A stretch of DNA of 64,000 bases from SAR86 cluster bacterium AG-313-D11. GTDB lineage: Bacteria > Pseudomonadota > Gammaproteobacteria > Magnimaribacterales > D2472. The notes beneath the pieces are model-generated. The model was not told the DNA's origin. It did no database searches and saw only the letters and a list, made by a program, of their open reading frames with translations. Both the position numbers and the translations under genes were made by a program. Positions 47,890 through 58,530 of the stretch are shown here, one piece after another (position 1 is the first letter of the stretch; each line of letters starts with the position of its first letter). The stretch covers positions 38,520 to 102,519 of the forward strand of contig QBVW01000006.1 in the NCBI GenBank assembly GCA_003284215.1, written 5' to 3'.

Positions 47890-49302
47890 ATGAAGATCAC
47901 AAAAACAAAAATTATTGCAACTATTGGCCCAAGTACCAATAAATACAAATCATTGCAAGACCTTCATGCAGCAGGTATGAATGTAGCAAGAATTAATATG
48001 TCACATGCATCACAAGCTGATGCAGCAACGGTCATAAAGTTAATAAATAAACTTAATAAAAATCAAGCTGAATTATATGGTCCAGTTGGAACTTTGTTAG
48101 ATACTCAAGGACCAGAGATCAGAACAGGCATTAACCAATCTGATATTGACTTAAAAACGGGCGATATTGTGAATCTTACAATTAGAGATGATATTGATGT
48201 TGAGACTTCATCGATCAAGATTAATTACAAGGGCCTTATAAAGAGTGTAGCCAAAGGATCTAAAATAAGTATTGATAATGGGCTGCTCAACTTTAAGGTA
48301 TTAGCTAAAGATAATGAAAATCTTAAATGCAAGGTTATAGATGGAGGAACTCTAGGAAGTAAACGTCATGTAAACCTGCCAGGCGTTAGGGTTGATTTAC
48401 CGTCAATTACAAAAAAAGACAGAAAAGATATAAATTTTGGCATTGAACATAATGTTACTTTCATTGCTTTATCCTTTGTAAGGTCTGCTCAAGATGTATT
48501 GAATTTAAGATCCATATTAAAAAGAAAAAAGTCATCAATAAAAATCATTGCAAAAATTGAAAATCAAGAAGGCTTAGATAATATACATGAAATTACAAAA
48601 GCTGCAGACATAGTAATGGTTGCGAGAGGTGATTTGGGCATAGAAACTGATCTTGCCGATTTACCTAACATACAAAGAAGAATTATGTACGCAACTGCAA
48701 AATGGGGCAGAAGATCTATTGTTGCTACTCATTTGCTGGAGTCCATGATACATAATCCGACACCTACAAGAGCTGAAGTTACCGATGTTGCAAATGCAAT
48801 ATATGAAGGAGCTGATGCAGTAATGCTTTCTGGTGAAACAAGCATAGGTAAATATCCTATTCAGTGCATCAAAATGCTCAAGAAAATTGCATCTAAAACT
48901 GAACATTTCCGAACCCTTGGTTACGAAAAATTTCTTCAAGATAATTCTGATTGGCAAAATATTGCAAAAGGAGCTCGTGATCTTGCGGAAAGAATTAATG
49001 CAGACGGAATCATTGTTATTACTAGGTCGGGGCAAACAGCAAACGTTGTTTCAAATACAAAGCCGTTTCGTATGCCTGTTTATGCTTTCACAAATAGTAG
49101 GAATACTTTTCTTCATTTAAGTTTGATAGGAGGTATGAAGCCATATTATATAAAATCAATTACCAATCAATCACTCACAATTGAAAAGATGAAAACAATT
49201 TTATTAGCTAGTCAGAAATCTAAAAAGTCTCTTAAATTTGTTTTAATAGCAGGTATTTACTCTGCTTCACATACTGACTCAATTCAAATAATAGCAACCT
49301 AA
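47890..49302 (+). CDS. pyk: pyruvate kinase
   Basis: The N-terminus is KTKIIATIGPS. NMSHA and MVARGDLG motifs are present, and the length is 470 aa. Confidence 0.92.
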   Translation: MKITKTKIIATIGPSTNKYKSLQDLHAAGMNVARINMSHASQADAATVIKLINKLNKNQAELYGPVGTLLDTQGPEIRTGINQSDIDLKTGDIVNLTIRDDIDVETSSIKINYKGLIKSVAKGSKISIDNGLLNFKVLAKDNENLKCKVIDGGTLGSKRHVNLPGVRVDLPSITKKDRKDINFGIEHNVTFIALSFVRSAQDVLNLRSILKRKKSSIKIIAKIENQEGLDNIHEITKAADIVMVARGDLGIETDLADLPNIQRRIMYATAKWGRRSIVATHLLESMIHNPTPTRAEVTDVANAIYEGADAVMLSGETSIGKYPIQCIKMLKKIASKTEHFRTLGYEKFLQDNSDWQNIAKGARDLAERINADGIIVITRSGQTANVVSNTKPFRMPVYAFTNSRNTFLHLSLIGGMKPYYIKSITNQSLTIEKMKTILLASQKSKKSLKFVLIAGIYSASHTDSIQIIAT

Positions 49303-49303
49303 A

Positions 49304-49930
49304 ATGTTTAATCAGCTTCTTGAAAATACAATCTTATTATTTGTTGCCGTTGATCCAATTGCTCTTGTTCCAATTTTTGCGAGTCTTACCCAAGGTGTAA
49401 ATAAAGACGATATTAAGAAAATATATATTCAAGCAACCCTGGTTTCTTTTTTTGTATTATCTTTATTTTATCTATTTGGAACTGCGTTACTGGATATCAT
49501 GGGTATCTCAATGAGTTCATTTAAAATTATTGGTGGCTTATTTTTAGTTGCAATCGCATTTCAAATGGTCTTAGAGCAAAGGCAGACTAGAAGACAGAAT
49601 ACAGCTGAAGTTGCTCTTGATGATGAATCTATTCAATCACTAGCAATTTTTCCTCTAGCTATTCCCTTGATTGCAGGGCCTGGTGCCATGACTACAGCTC
49701 TTCTTATTGCCGAAACGAACACAAATAGTCCAACCGAGATACTTATTAATTTTATTCCAATTTTGATAATTATCATTTTAGTTGCTTTCGCAATGTGGCT
49801 ATCTGCAAGCCTATCAAAAAAAGTTGGACCTACAATTATTATTGTTGTTCAGAAGATATTTGGAATATTGCTTGGAGCCCTTGCAATAGAGTTTGTAGTT
49901 GCAGGAATAAGTGAATCTTTTAATTTATAA
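49304..49930 (+). CDS. MarC/UPF0056-family integral membrane protein
   Basis: The 208 aa form six TM segments and carry the family motif (VAVDPIALVPIF). Confidence 0.75.
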   Translation: MFNQLLENTILLFVAVDPIALVPIFASLTQGVNKDDIKKIYIQATLVSFFVLSLFYLFGTALLDIMGISMSSFKIIGGLFLVAIAFQMVLEQRQTRRQNTAEVALDDESIQSLAIFPLAIPLIAGPGAMTTALLIAETNTNSPTEILINFIPILIIIILVAFAMWLSASLSKKVGPTIIIVVQKIFGILLGALAIEFVVAGISESFNL

Positions 49931-50933
49931 GATTTTTTAGAGATTCACGCACAATTAACTCTGATTTAAATTCTTTGGGCTGGCTTTGTTCATTCAATCC
50001 ATCAAATTTAGCCATCAATATTTTTGCTGCGTGATTTGCCATTTTCTCAACTGGCTGTTTAACGGTTGTTAACGCTGGCCATATCTGATGAGCAATCGGC
50101 GAATCATCGAATCCAGCAAGAGAGATATCATCTGGAATTTTTAATCCATGCATTTGAGCAGATTTCATGATTCCCGCTGCCATTGAGTCATTGCTTGCAA
50201 AAATAGCTGTTGGGATTTTAATAGAATTAAAGATCTCCACCCCAGCATCAAATCCAGACTTGAAACTAAAATTACCTTGTTTGATCCAGCTATTATTTTT
50301 CTTCAAACCGTAATTTTGCATTGCGTCAGTATAGCCATTAAATCTGAGCTCAGAAGCTGAATGCTTTGGATGGCCTTTTATAAAACCTATGTTCTTATGA
50401 CCATGTTTAATAATTTCTGAGGTTAATGTATATGCTGCCTCATAATCATTAGAAGATACGTATAGGGATTCAGCTTTTAATATGCTCGGTGCTATGATTG
50501 CGTGCTCAATTTTATGTTTATCTAAATACTCAAGAAAGTCATCCATATCACTTAGAGGAGGGGTTAAAATCAAACCATCAATTTTTAAATCTTCAACAAA
50601 TTCAAAGATAGTTTTTTTTAAATCAGATGATTTATAGTCACACTCTTGAATGACTAGGTTGTATCCAGTTAATTTACATGCATTAAATATTCCGCTTTGA
50701 ACGTCAGCTAAGTATGCTTTATTCGGATTGTCATAAAGTAACGCAATAATAAAGGACCTTTTTGATCTTAGGCTTTGGGCACTTTTATTAGGCCTAAACC
50801 CAAGTTTATTAATAGATGATAAGACTCTTTTTTTTGTTTTCTCCGCAACATTGGCTTCATTATTAATAACCCTAGAAACGGTTTTTATAGAAACATTTGC
50901 ATCTTTTGAAACGTCTTTTATTGTTGCAGCCAT
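49920..50933 (-). CDS. LacI-family transcriptional regulator
   Basis: It has an N-terminal HTH (TIKDVSKDANVSIKTVSRVIN) and a periplasmic-binding-protein-like effector domain. Confidence 0.9.
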   Translation of the reverse strand: MAATIKDVSKDANVSIKTVSRVINNEANVAEKTKKRVLSSINKLGFRPNKSAQSLRSKRSFIIALLYDNPNKAYLADVQSGIFNACKLTGYNLVIQECDYKSSDLKKTIFEFVEDLKIDGLILTPPLSDMDDFLEYLDKHKIEHAIIAPSILKAESLYVSSNDYEAAYTLTSEIIKHGHKNIGFIKGHPKHSASELRFNGYTDAMQNYGLKKNNSWIKQGNFSFKSGFDAGVEIFNSIKIPTAIFASNDSMAAGIMKSAQMHGLKIPDDISLAGFDDSPIAHQIWPALTTVKQPVEKMANHAAKILMAKFDGLNEQSQPKEFKSELIVRESLKNLIN

Positions 50934-50950
50934 GTGTTTTTTAAATGTTA

Positions 50951-51000
50951 TTGCCTAAATAGTTGATTTTAACGATAATGTATTTTGACAACGATATCAA
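50951..51000 (+). promoter_or_regulatory. candidate promoter plus LacI-type operator for the symporter-glk-GH3 genes
   Basis: TTGCCT (50951-56), a 17-nt spacer and GATAAT (50974-79). The CG-centred pseudo-palindrome TTGACAACGATATCAA (50985-51000) sits at the predicted +1. Confidence 0.4.
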
Positions 51001-51015
51001 TGAGGTAATGGATTA

Positions 51016-52581
51016 ATGTTATTTAGTAATTTAGACATTTTTATTGTCGCTTTTTACTGTATTGGAATAATCATTCTAGCTCAATATGTTTCTCGATCTC
51101 AACAGGGTGTAGAAAAAACGGCTGAAGATTATTTTTTAGCAGGCAGATCATTACCATGGTGGGCTATTGGAGCGTCTTTAATAGCTGCAAATATATCAGC
51201 AGAACAGATTATTGGAATGTCTGGGCAAGGATTTGTTGTAGGTATGGCCATAGCAACATACGAACTTACGGCAGCCATTGCCTTGATTGTGATGGCGAAG
51301 TATTTCTTACCACTTTTTTTAGAAAAACAAATCTACACTATGCCTCAGTTTCTTGAGCAAAGATTCGATAGAAGAGTTAGCCTTGTCTTATCTTTTTTTT
51401 GGTTATCGGTATACATCTTTATAAATTTGACAAGCGTATTATGGCTAGGCTCTCTTGCTATTAGCTCATTAACTGGATTGGATTTATTTTATGGATTGAT
51501 TCTTTTGGCGCTTCTGTCACTTGCATATTCATTATGGGGTGGGCTTAAAGCGGTTGCTATGACTGACATCATTCAGGTCGTTTTGTTAATCTTTGGAGGT
51601 TTATCCGTTTCGTATATTGCATTGAATCAAATCTCTGAGGGCATGGGAGTTGTTAATGGCTTAACTCAGGTATATCAATTACTTCCTGAAAAGTTTGACA
51701 TGATTCTTTCCTCTGACCACCCCGCATATAAAGATCTGCCAGGTGTTTGGGTTTTGATTGGTGGTCTGTGGATAGCGCACTTTGCGTACTGGGGATTTAA
51801 TCAATATATAACCCAAAGAGCCTTGGGTGCTAAATCTCTATCTGAGGCTCAAAAAGGTGTTATGTTTGCAGCATATTTAAAGCTTTTAATGCCTTTTGTG
51901 GTTGTGCTTCCTGGAATATGTGCAGCAGTTATTTATCCAACTTTAGAGAAATCTGACCAAGCTTACCCAATGATGATGTCCCTCTTACCTAATGGTATCC
52001 TGGGCTTAACTTTTGCTGCATTGATCGCAGCAATAGTTTCTTCCTTAGCCTCGATGACAAACAGTATAAGTACTATTTTTACAATGGATATCTACCGCAG
52101 TTTTGTTAAATTTCCTCCAACAGAAAAAAAATTAGTTAATGTGGGAAGAAACATGTCGTGGATTGCTTTGCTTGTTGCTGTTCTATGCGCTCAACCACTG
52201 CTTGGAAGTATGGAATCTGCATTTCAATACATTCAAAATTTTACAGGATTTTTTACTCCAGGAATTTTAGTAATTTTTTTAGTTGCTTTATTTTGGAAAA
52301 AGGCCACTACCTTAAGCGTTCTTGTTGCGGCAATAACGTCTCTAATTTTGTCTTTATCTATCTTTCTTTTTTTTCCAGAATATCCATTCATTCATAGAAT
52401 GGGTGTAGTATTTTTAATTTCAGGTTTCACTTGTTATCTTACATCTTTATTGCAAGGATATACTGATCAAGAGAAAGCAATCGATATCTCTGGTATTAAT
52501 TTTAAAACCGAAAGCTCATTTAATTTTAGTACAGCAGTCATTTGCATTATTTTAATAATTACTTATTTATTGCTATGGTAA
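51016..52581 (+). CDS. sodium:solute symporter family (SGLT-like sugar transporter)
   Basis: The 521 aa are polytopic. SSF motifs are present (YFLAGRSLPWWAIGASLIAANISAEQ, GFNQYITQRAL). Confidence 0.85.
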   Translation: MLFSNLDIFIVAFYCIGIIILAQYVSRSQQGVEKTAEDYFLAGRSLPWWAIGASLIAANISAEQIIGMSGQGFVVGMAIATYELTAAIALIVMAKYFLPLFLEKQIYTMPQFLEQRFDRRVSLVLSFFWLSVYIFINLTSVLWLGSLAISSLTGLDLFYGLILLALLSLAYSLWGGLKAVAMTDIIQVVLLIFGGLSVSYIALNQISEGMGVVNGLTQVYQLLPEKFDMILSSDHPAYKDLPGVWVLIGGLWIAHFAYWGFNQYITQRALGAKSLSEAQKGVMFAAYLKLLMPFVVVLPGICAAVIYPTLEKSDQAYPMMMSLLPNGILGLTFAALIAAIVSSLASMTNSISTIFTMDIYRSFVKFPPTEKKLVNVGRNMSWIALLVAVLCAQPLLGSMESAFQYIQNFTGFFTPGILVIFLVALFWKKATTLSVLVAAITSLILSLSIFLFFPEYPFIHRMGVVFLISGFTCYLTSLLQGYTDQEKAIDISGINFKTESSFNFSTAVICIILIITYLLLW

Positions 52582-53525
52582 TTAATCCCGAAGTTATTTT
52601 TTCAAATAGCAGAGTCTTGCTAATTGATATTGGCGGCACAAATATCAGAACAGCTTCAGCAGATATAGGCTCGTCATTACTCATCAATGCAAATAAGCAG
52701 CATCTAGATTGTTTAGATTCATTTGACGATTTGTTACGTGGCTTTTTGGATCAAGATGCATTAATTAAACATCTAGTTTTCTCTGTTGCAGGCCCTAAAC
52801 TTCATCACTCCATATCAATGACCAATAGAGAATTCAAAATAGATGAAGCTGAGATCTTAAAAAAATTTAAAGTTGACTCTTGCCATATTCTTAATGACTG
52901 GGAGTCAATTGGTCATGGTTTATCACTTTTTACGAATACAGATATGAGCTTTATAAATAAGGGGAACTCTTTTAATGATACAGCTTTAATACTAGGTCCA
53001 GGCACTGGATTAGGAGCAGCTCTAGTAATTAATAATAATATCGTGCTCCCAACAGAGATTGGGAATAGTTCATTTGCTATACCAGAACTACTTACAGAGC
53101 TTGGTCTGCATAATGCAGATGAATTTAATATTATTGAAGACTTAATTTCTGGTAGCGGTCTAGCTAAAATTTACTCGCATTTTGAAAGCGTATACAAATC
53201 ACCAGAGGAAATTGTAACAAGCGTTTATTCTGATAACTCTTCACAAAAGAGCGTTGATATCTTCTTGACATCACTTGCACGAATCCTCTCAGAACTTGCA
53301 TTAGCATACATGCCAGGAAAAGGAATTTATCTTGCGGGAGGATTAATTCGCTCTTTGCAGGAATTTCTTGATGTAGATCTATTTTTAGAGAATTTTCTTG
53401 TTAACAGGAAATCAATGCATTCAGATGTTCTCCAGCAAATACCAATTGCATTTATCAATCAAGAAATGACTTGCTTGCACGGCAGTTTAAATTTTATTAA
53501 TAAAATTAGTGCAGAGCTTAAATAA
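52575..53525 (+). CDS. glk: glucokinase
   Basis: It has the ATP-binding motif LLIDIGGTNIR and the Glk-type LGPGTGLG. The ATG at 52575 overlaps the symporter stop by 7 nt, and I prefer it to the upstream ATG at 52542. Confidence 0.8.
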   Translation: MVINPEVIFSNSRVLLIDIGGTNIRTASADIGSSLLINANKQHLDCLDSFDDLLRGFLDQDALIKHLVFSVAGPKLHHSISMTNREFKIDEAEILKKFKVDSCHILNDWESIGHGLSLFTNTDMSFINKGNSFNDTALILGPGTGLGAALVINNNIVLPTEIGNSSFAIPELLTELGLHNADEFNIIEDLISGSGLAKIYSHFESVYKSPEEIVTSVYSDNSSQKSVDIFLTSLARILSELALAYMPGKGIYLAGGLIRSLQEFLDVDLFLENFLVNRKSMHSDVLQQIPIAFINQEMTCLHGSLNFINKISAELK

Positions 53526-53568
53526 TATTGAGGATTTCACTTTATAAAATATATAACAATTAAAAAAT

Positions 53569-56001
53569 ATGAAAAATTTATTTTTAATCATTTTATTATT
53601 TCAGGTATCTAGTATCTTTGGGCAGGCAGATTGGTCAAGATCTAACTCTTGCGAATATAAAAACTTTAATAACTCAGATCTTATTGAGCAGCTTATAAAT
53701 GGGATGTCTGTTGAGGAGAAAGTTGGCCAGGTGATACAAGGAGATCTAGACTTTATTTCACCAGAAGATGTAAAGCAATTTAAAATTGGATCAATCTTAA
53801 ATGGAGGAAATACTGCTCCAAATGGAGATAAATATAGTTCAGCTGACGATTGGAAAAAACTAAGTAAAGAATTTTATGATGCTTCGCCTATTTACAAAGG
53901 TATTAAGGTTCCAGTTTTATGGGGCACTGATGCAGTTCATGGTCATAATAATGTTATAGGCGCAACATTATTTCCTCACAATATTGGTCTTGGTGCAACT
54001 GGAAATATTGAGCTAATCAGAAGAATTGGCGAAGTAATAGCGCTTGAGGTTTTGTCAACAGGAGTAGCATGGACATTTGCACCAACAATTGCAGTACCTC
54101 AAGATGATCGATGGGGTAGAACATATGAAGGATTTTCCGAGGACCCAATTTTAGTTTCACAGCTAGGTAAAGCATTTATTCTTGGGCTTCAAGGTGAAGG
54201 AGATTATTTATTAGACAATAATCATGTAATAGCAACTGCAAAGCATTTTTTGGGTGATGGTGGAACCTTTGAAGGAATTGATCAGGGTGATACAAGAGTC
54301 TCAGAGCTAAACTTACTTAAGATACACGGATATCCATATTTTGATGCTCTGGATGCATGCGCTCAAACTGTTATGGCTAGTTTTAATTCATGGAATGGTA
54401 AGAAACTTCACGGTAACAAAGAATTGCTCACAGACATATTGAAGCAAGATATGCAGTTTGATGGTTTTATTGTTGGTGATTGGAATGGTCATGGTCAAGT
54501 GGAAGGTTGCTCAAATGTAAAATGTGCTAAGTCATTTAATGCTGGCGTTGATATGTTTATGGCCCCTGAAAATTGGAAAGATTTGCTTCAGCACACAATT
54601 AGACAAGTAAAATCAGGTGATATTTCTGAAAGTAGACTTAATGAGGCTGTAAGAAATATCTTAACTGTTAAATCAAGGCTTGGTTTATTTAATGGAAGGA
54701 TGCCTCACAAATTTAAAGAAAATTATCTAGGTCATCCAAAGCACATTGAGTTGGCCCGTCAGGCAGTAAGAGAATCATTGGTGCTATTGAAAAATAATAA
54801 CCAATTGCTCCCATTGAACCCCAAACAGCACATAGGCATTATTGGTGATGCAGCAAATAAAATTTCTTCACAAACAGGTGGTTGGACTATTACATGGCAA
54901 GGAAGAGAAAATTCTAATAGTGATTTTATAAATGTAAATTCAATTTATGAGGCTTTGGAGCAAGCAATAAATTTTTCAGGTGGGACAATAGAGTATTCTA
55001 ATAATGGAAAATTTAATAAAGATCCTGATGTGGTTATAGGTATCTTTGGAGAGGAGCCATATGCAGAGATGCTTGGTGATTTAAAAGATGTTTCCTTTGC
55101 AGCTACTGATCCAAAATTTCTTCCATTACTTGAGGTTCTTAGCTCGCAAAACATTCCCACTCTAAGCATATTTCTTTCTGGTAGACCTTTGGTAGTTAAT
55201 AGGTATTTAAATGCTTCGGATGCCTTTATAGCTGCATGGCTTCCTGGCTCAGCGGTTGAAGGCATTGCAGATGTAATTTTTACAAAAGAAAATAAAGTGC
55301 ATTATGACTTTACTGGCAAACTATCTTATTCATGGCCAAAAAATAAAGATCAATCAGTATTAAACTTTCAAGACAGTCCATATGAGCCCTTATTCCCATT
55401 TGGGTATGGCCTTTCTTATAAATCAGATTTTCAATTGGAGACAATTCAAATTAATAACAACTTGTCTAAGCTCGAATTAGTAAATATTTTTTTGGGAACA
55501 GCCTCGATTCCAGGAAAAGAATTTGTCGTGACTAAATCTGTCCCAGAATTTGTCTTACAAGATGATTTTATTAGCAAAAATAATAAAATTAAAATTAGTC
55601 GGTTTGATTATCAAAGACAAGATGATGCAAAGAATATATTATTTATAGATGATCAGTCTTTGAAGGCTTTTGGTGTTTCTGCAGACTCTTCTGTAAATCT
55701 TTCAAGCATGAATTCTCCTTTTTACGAAATTATTATCAGGGTCAACAGTCTGGACAATCCAGATCTTTACTTCAGCGTAGGATGTGGAAATGATTGCAAT
55801 GGATCATTCAAACTCCCAACAGAGTTAATGACTGACTGGACAACAATAAATATTCCAGTTTCATGTTTAGAAAATGATGGTCTTGATAAAAAAAATATAC
55901 AGGTAAGAGGATTATTTGTAAGTGAACAAGGAATCAATTTTGATCTAAGCTCCATCATTATTAAAGATGGTAAAGCAACGGGGAAGGTTATAAGTTGTTG
56001 A
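53569..56001 (+). CDS. glycoside hydrolase family 3 beta-glucosidase / exo-beta-glucanase with an extra C-terminal domain
   Basis: It has a signal peptide and GH3 motifs (KHFLGDGGT, the GFIVGDW nucleophile region). About 190 extra aa follow the core, as in ExoP-type enzymes. Confidence 0.85.
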   Translation: MKNLFLIILLFQVSSIFGQADWSRSNSCEYKNFNNSDLIEQLINGMSVEEKVGQVIQGDLDFISPEDVKQFKIGSILNGGNTAPNGDKYSSADDWKKLSKEFYDASPIYKGIKVPVLWGTDAVHGHNNVIGATLFPHNIGLGATGNIELIRRIGEVIALEVLSTGVAWTFAPTIAVPQDDRWGRTYEGFSEDPILVSQLGKAFILGLQGEGDYLLDNNHVIATAKHFLGDGGTFEGIDQGDTRVSELNLLKIHGYPYFDALDACAQTVMASFNSWNGKKLHGNKELLTDILKQDMQFDGFIVGDWNGHGQVEGCSNVKCAKSFNAGVDMFMAPENWKDLLQHTIRQVKSGDISESRLNEAVRNILTVKSRLGLFNGRMPHKFKENYLGHPKHIELARQAVRESLVLLKNNNQLLPLNPKQHIGIIGDAANKISSQTGGWTITWQGRENSNSDFINVNSIYEALEQAINFSGGTIEYSNNGKFNKDPDVVIGIFGEEPYAEMLGDLKDVSFAATDPKFLPLLEVLSSQNIPTLSIFLSGRPLVVNRYLNASDAFIAAWLPGSAVEGIADVIFTKENKVHYDFTGKLSYSWPKNKDQSVLNFQDSPYEPLFPFGYGLSYKSDFQLETIQINNNLSKLELVNIFLGTASIPGKEFVVTKSVPEFVLQDDFISKNNKIKISRFDYQRQDDAKNILFIDDQSLKAFGVSADSSVNLSSMNSPFYEIIIRVNSLDNPDLYFSVGCGNDCNGSFKLPTELMTDWTTINIPVSCLENDGLDKKNIQVRGLFVSEQGINFDLSSIIIKDGKATGKVISC

Positions 56002-56008
56002 ATAGCTA

Positions 56009-58195
56009 TTAGCTATTTGGATTATAGAAATATTGAAATTTTGCATATATCTGAGAGGTCTCGAGTCTGATATTGTTGCTGAAAGGATTTGGCTCTTCAT
56101 AGAATTGAGTACCACCTGCATAAAATATCGTGTAAGGATTAGGCTTCCATTGAAATAAAGCCTCAAGAAAGTAGTCATCGCTAAAATCATTTTTTTCAAT
56201 AATGATTCTTGTAGATAACGCACCATCAATCTGATAATCCAATTCAAATCTATTAATTTCACCTGCATAGAATTCTTCATCAGTAACTTTATTCTTTAAC
56301 TCTGAGTATCTGTGCCCAAGTGCAATCTTAAACTTATCCGAGAATCTAAAGACATTATAGAGATTATATTCTGTTGAATCTCCGATTTCTGGATTATCAA
56401 TTCTATAAGCTATAGATTCACCTTTTTCTATCTTAAAACTAGTAAAGAAGCTTTCCGAAGGATGATATTGACCCCTTATCTCAATATCTCTTTGCTCGCC
56501 GTATTGAATACCATTAAATCTCTCGCTAGGCTTATGTTGCCACTCAATCGTTCCAGTAAAATTAAAATTTGTCTCAAGATCAATCTGAAACTCGTAAAAT
56601 TCTAGAATTTTTTTGTCCTTAGAATTTAATCTATTCCTGTTATTTAAATTAAAATTTATTTTCCTAATGGTTCCTTGAGATCTATAGGTCCTGCCGTACC
56701 AATAGTTTCGATTCTTATAACCATTCCTGCCAACAAACCCGACATGAGCTCTGTATGTTGGTGCAACATCTGAAAATCTTATGCCTGCGTTGGCTTTATC
56801 AACAGCCCACCTCAAACGAAAATTTTTCGCTGTTCCTGAAAATGACTCTCCATCCATTGCATACGTTCTACCTGCAAAAGTATCATCAGTTTCAATGAAA
56901 TTCACATTGCCCTCTTGAGTATCACTTCTTGCATAATTAAGATCCAAAATATAATCATCCAAGAGGTTAATAAGGCTATCAAACTCTAACACTGAGCCAG
57001 ATCCACCAACTTGGTAATCTCTATGTGTTGCAATTAATCCGATGTGTGATTTATTGCCTAAATTTCTTTTAAATCTTCCTATTGATACCTTGCTTTTACC
57101 TGCATTGCCTTTATAAGATTTATATTGCCCAGCTGCTAAGTAGGGAGAATCAGTATCTGTAGCTTGCAATAAATAAACTGTATTATCTTTACCCTGATTG
57201 ATGTATTTGACTGCACCCAAAGGGTTTGTAATTGATCGCGTATAAACAGTTTGTGTATCTGATTTAAGCAATTCAGACCCCTCAAGAAAAAAAGTTCTTT
57301 TTTCAGGATAGGACATGGCAAAAGTTTGATTAGCGGTAATCATAGGAACATCAGATTCAACTTGAGAAAAGTCTGGGTTGATTGTGTACTCAATAGATGA
57401 AGATTTTGAGAGATCATATAAGCCAGTTATGCCGATTTCATAATCAGGATTCTGCAATTTAAAATCTTTTACAGGCCTATCACCATTTTGATTTAAAAAT
57501 ATATAAGGATATAAATAATTTCTATAAATCTTTTCTGGAGAACCTAAAATAATTTCTTCATCTGCTTGGCATGCATAGCAAGTTTCTGCAGGAAGATTTT
57601 TAAATGAAGCAAAAACAGTTTGAATTCCAGCTTCATATGACTTTCTTATAAAGCCTATTTTCCATTTTTGTATTTCAGTATCTGGCAGCTGAAGCTCTGC
57701 AAAGGGAATAATAAATTCAGCAGAATAACCATCATTTTGAAATGCAGTTGCAGATTGAAAAAGAATATCCCATGAATCATCAGGGCCAGCACTGCTGATA
57801 TGTTTTTCATCTAACTGAACCCCCAATGCATTGACCCCGACTAGTACACCATATCTGCCATCCCTAAATGGGTCAGCCATCAGAGCAACATAGTCTTCAT
57901 TCCAAGTTTGATCTCTATTTTTTAATGTTGCCCTTATTTTCTTTGGATCACCATATGCCTTAATACCTATATAGAGATATTGTTTATCAAACTTTAGATA
58001 AGCTTTAGTTTTTAATGCTGCAGGTGTATTTCTAGATGGCATCACCTCATACTCTAAATCAAATTCAGTTGCCTTATTCCACTCATCTGGAGATATAAGA
58101 CCATCAAGATCAATACTCTCACTCAATACATGAAGTGAAAAAAAGCAGATAAAAATAGAAATTAATTTATTTAACAATGTAGCTTTATAAAACAT
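56009..58195 (-). CDS. secreted CBM9/DOMON-like plus beta-barrel protein (DUF5916-like)
   Basis: It has a signal peptide, an N-terminal motif (DGLISPDEWNKA...YLKFDKQYLYIGIKA) and a long C-terminal region rich in beta-strands and aromatic residues. The family assignment is from memory. Confidence 0.5.
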   Translation of the reverse strand: MFYKATLLNKLISIFICFFSLHVLSESIDLDGLISPDEWNKATEFDLEYEVMPSRNTPAALKTKAYLKFDKQYLYIGIKAYGDPKKIRATLKNRDQTWNEDYVALMADPFRDGRYGVLVGVNALGVQLDEKHISSAGPDDSWDILFQSATAFQNDGYSAEFIIPFAELQLPDTEIQKWKIGFIRKSYEAGIQTVFASFKNLPAETCYACQADEEIILGSPEKIYRNYLYPYIFLNQNGDRPVKDFKLQNPDYEIGITGLYDLSKSSSIEYTINPDFSQVESDVPMITANQTFAMSYPEKRTFFLEGSELLKSDTQTVYTRSITNPLGAVKYINQGKDNTVYLLQATDTDSPYLAAGQYKSYKGNAGKSKVSIGRFKRNLGNKSHIGLIATHRDYQVGGSGSVLEFDSLINLLDDYILDLNYARSDTQEGNVNFIETDDTFAGRTYAMDGESFSGTAKNFRLRWAVDKANAGIRFSDVAPTYRAHVGFVGRNGYKNRNYWYGRTYRSQGTIRKINFNLNNRNRLNSKDKKILEFYEFQIDLETNFNFTGTIEWQHKPSERFNGIQYGEQRDIEIRGQYHPSESFFTSFKIEKGESIAYRIDNPEIGDSTEYNLYNVFRFSDKFKIALGHRYSELKNKVTDEEFYAGEINRFELDYQIDGALSTRIIIEKNDFSDDYFLEALFQWKPNPYTIFYAGGTQFYEEPNPFSNNIRLETSQIYAKFQYFYNPNS

Positions 58196-58309
58196 AATTT
58201 TTTAGACAGCTTATTTTAGGTTAAATGGGTTGTTAGAAGATAGAAATTTAAAAAATATTTTAATTTTTTCGTGGGAAATACCTCTGATTTGGGTATAATC
58301 ATTCCCATC

Positions 58310-58513
58310 ATGGCAGATAGCAAAAAAAAACAGACAAAGGTTTATCTAATTCCCGAAAGTGAATCAAGGGATAGTCACACCTATCACTACCTAGCAGTAA
58401 AAACTAAGAAATTAGTAATAGAGAATCAAAAGCTAAGATTAAAAAAGTTTAATCCTGCCAAACAAATCCATGAGTGGTTTGTTGAAGCAAAATTACCTCC
58501 TCATAGCAAATAG
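58310..58513 (+). CDS. divergent ribosomal protein L33-like protein
   Basis: SHTYHYLAVKTKK...KLRLKKFNPAKQIHEWFVEAK aligns with E. coli L33 GHFYTTTKNK...[21 protein letters not shown]. I prefer the ATG at 58310 to the GTG at 58271. Confidence 0.55.
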   Translation: MADSKKKQTKVYLIPESESRDSHTYHYLAVKTKKLVIENQKLRLKKFNPAKQIHEWFVEAKLPPHSK

Positions 58514-58530
58514 TTTTTATATCACAAGAT

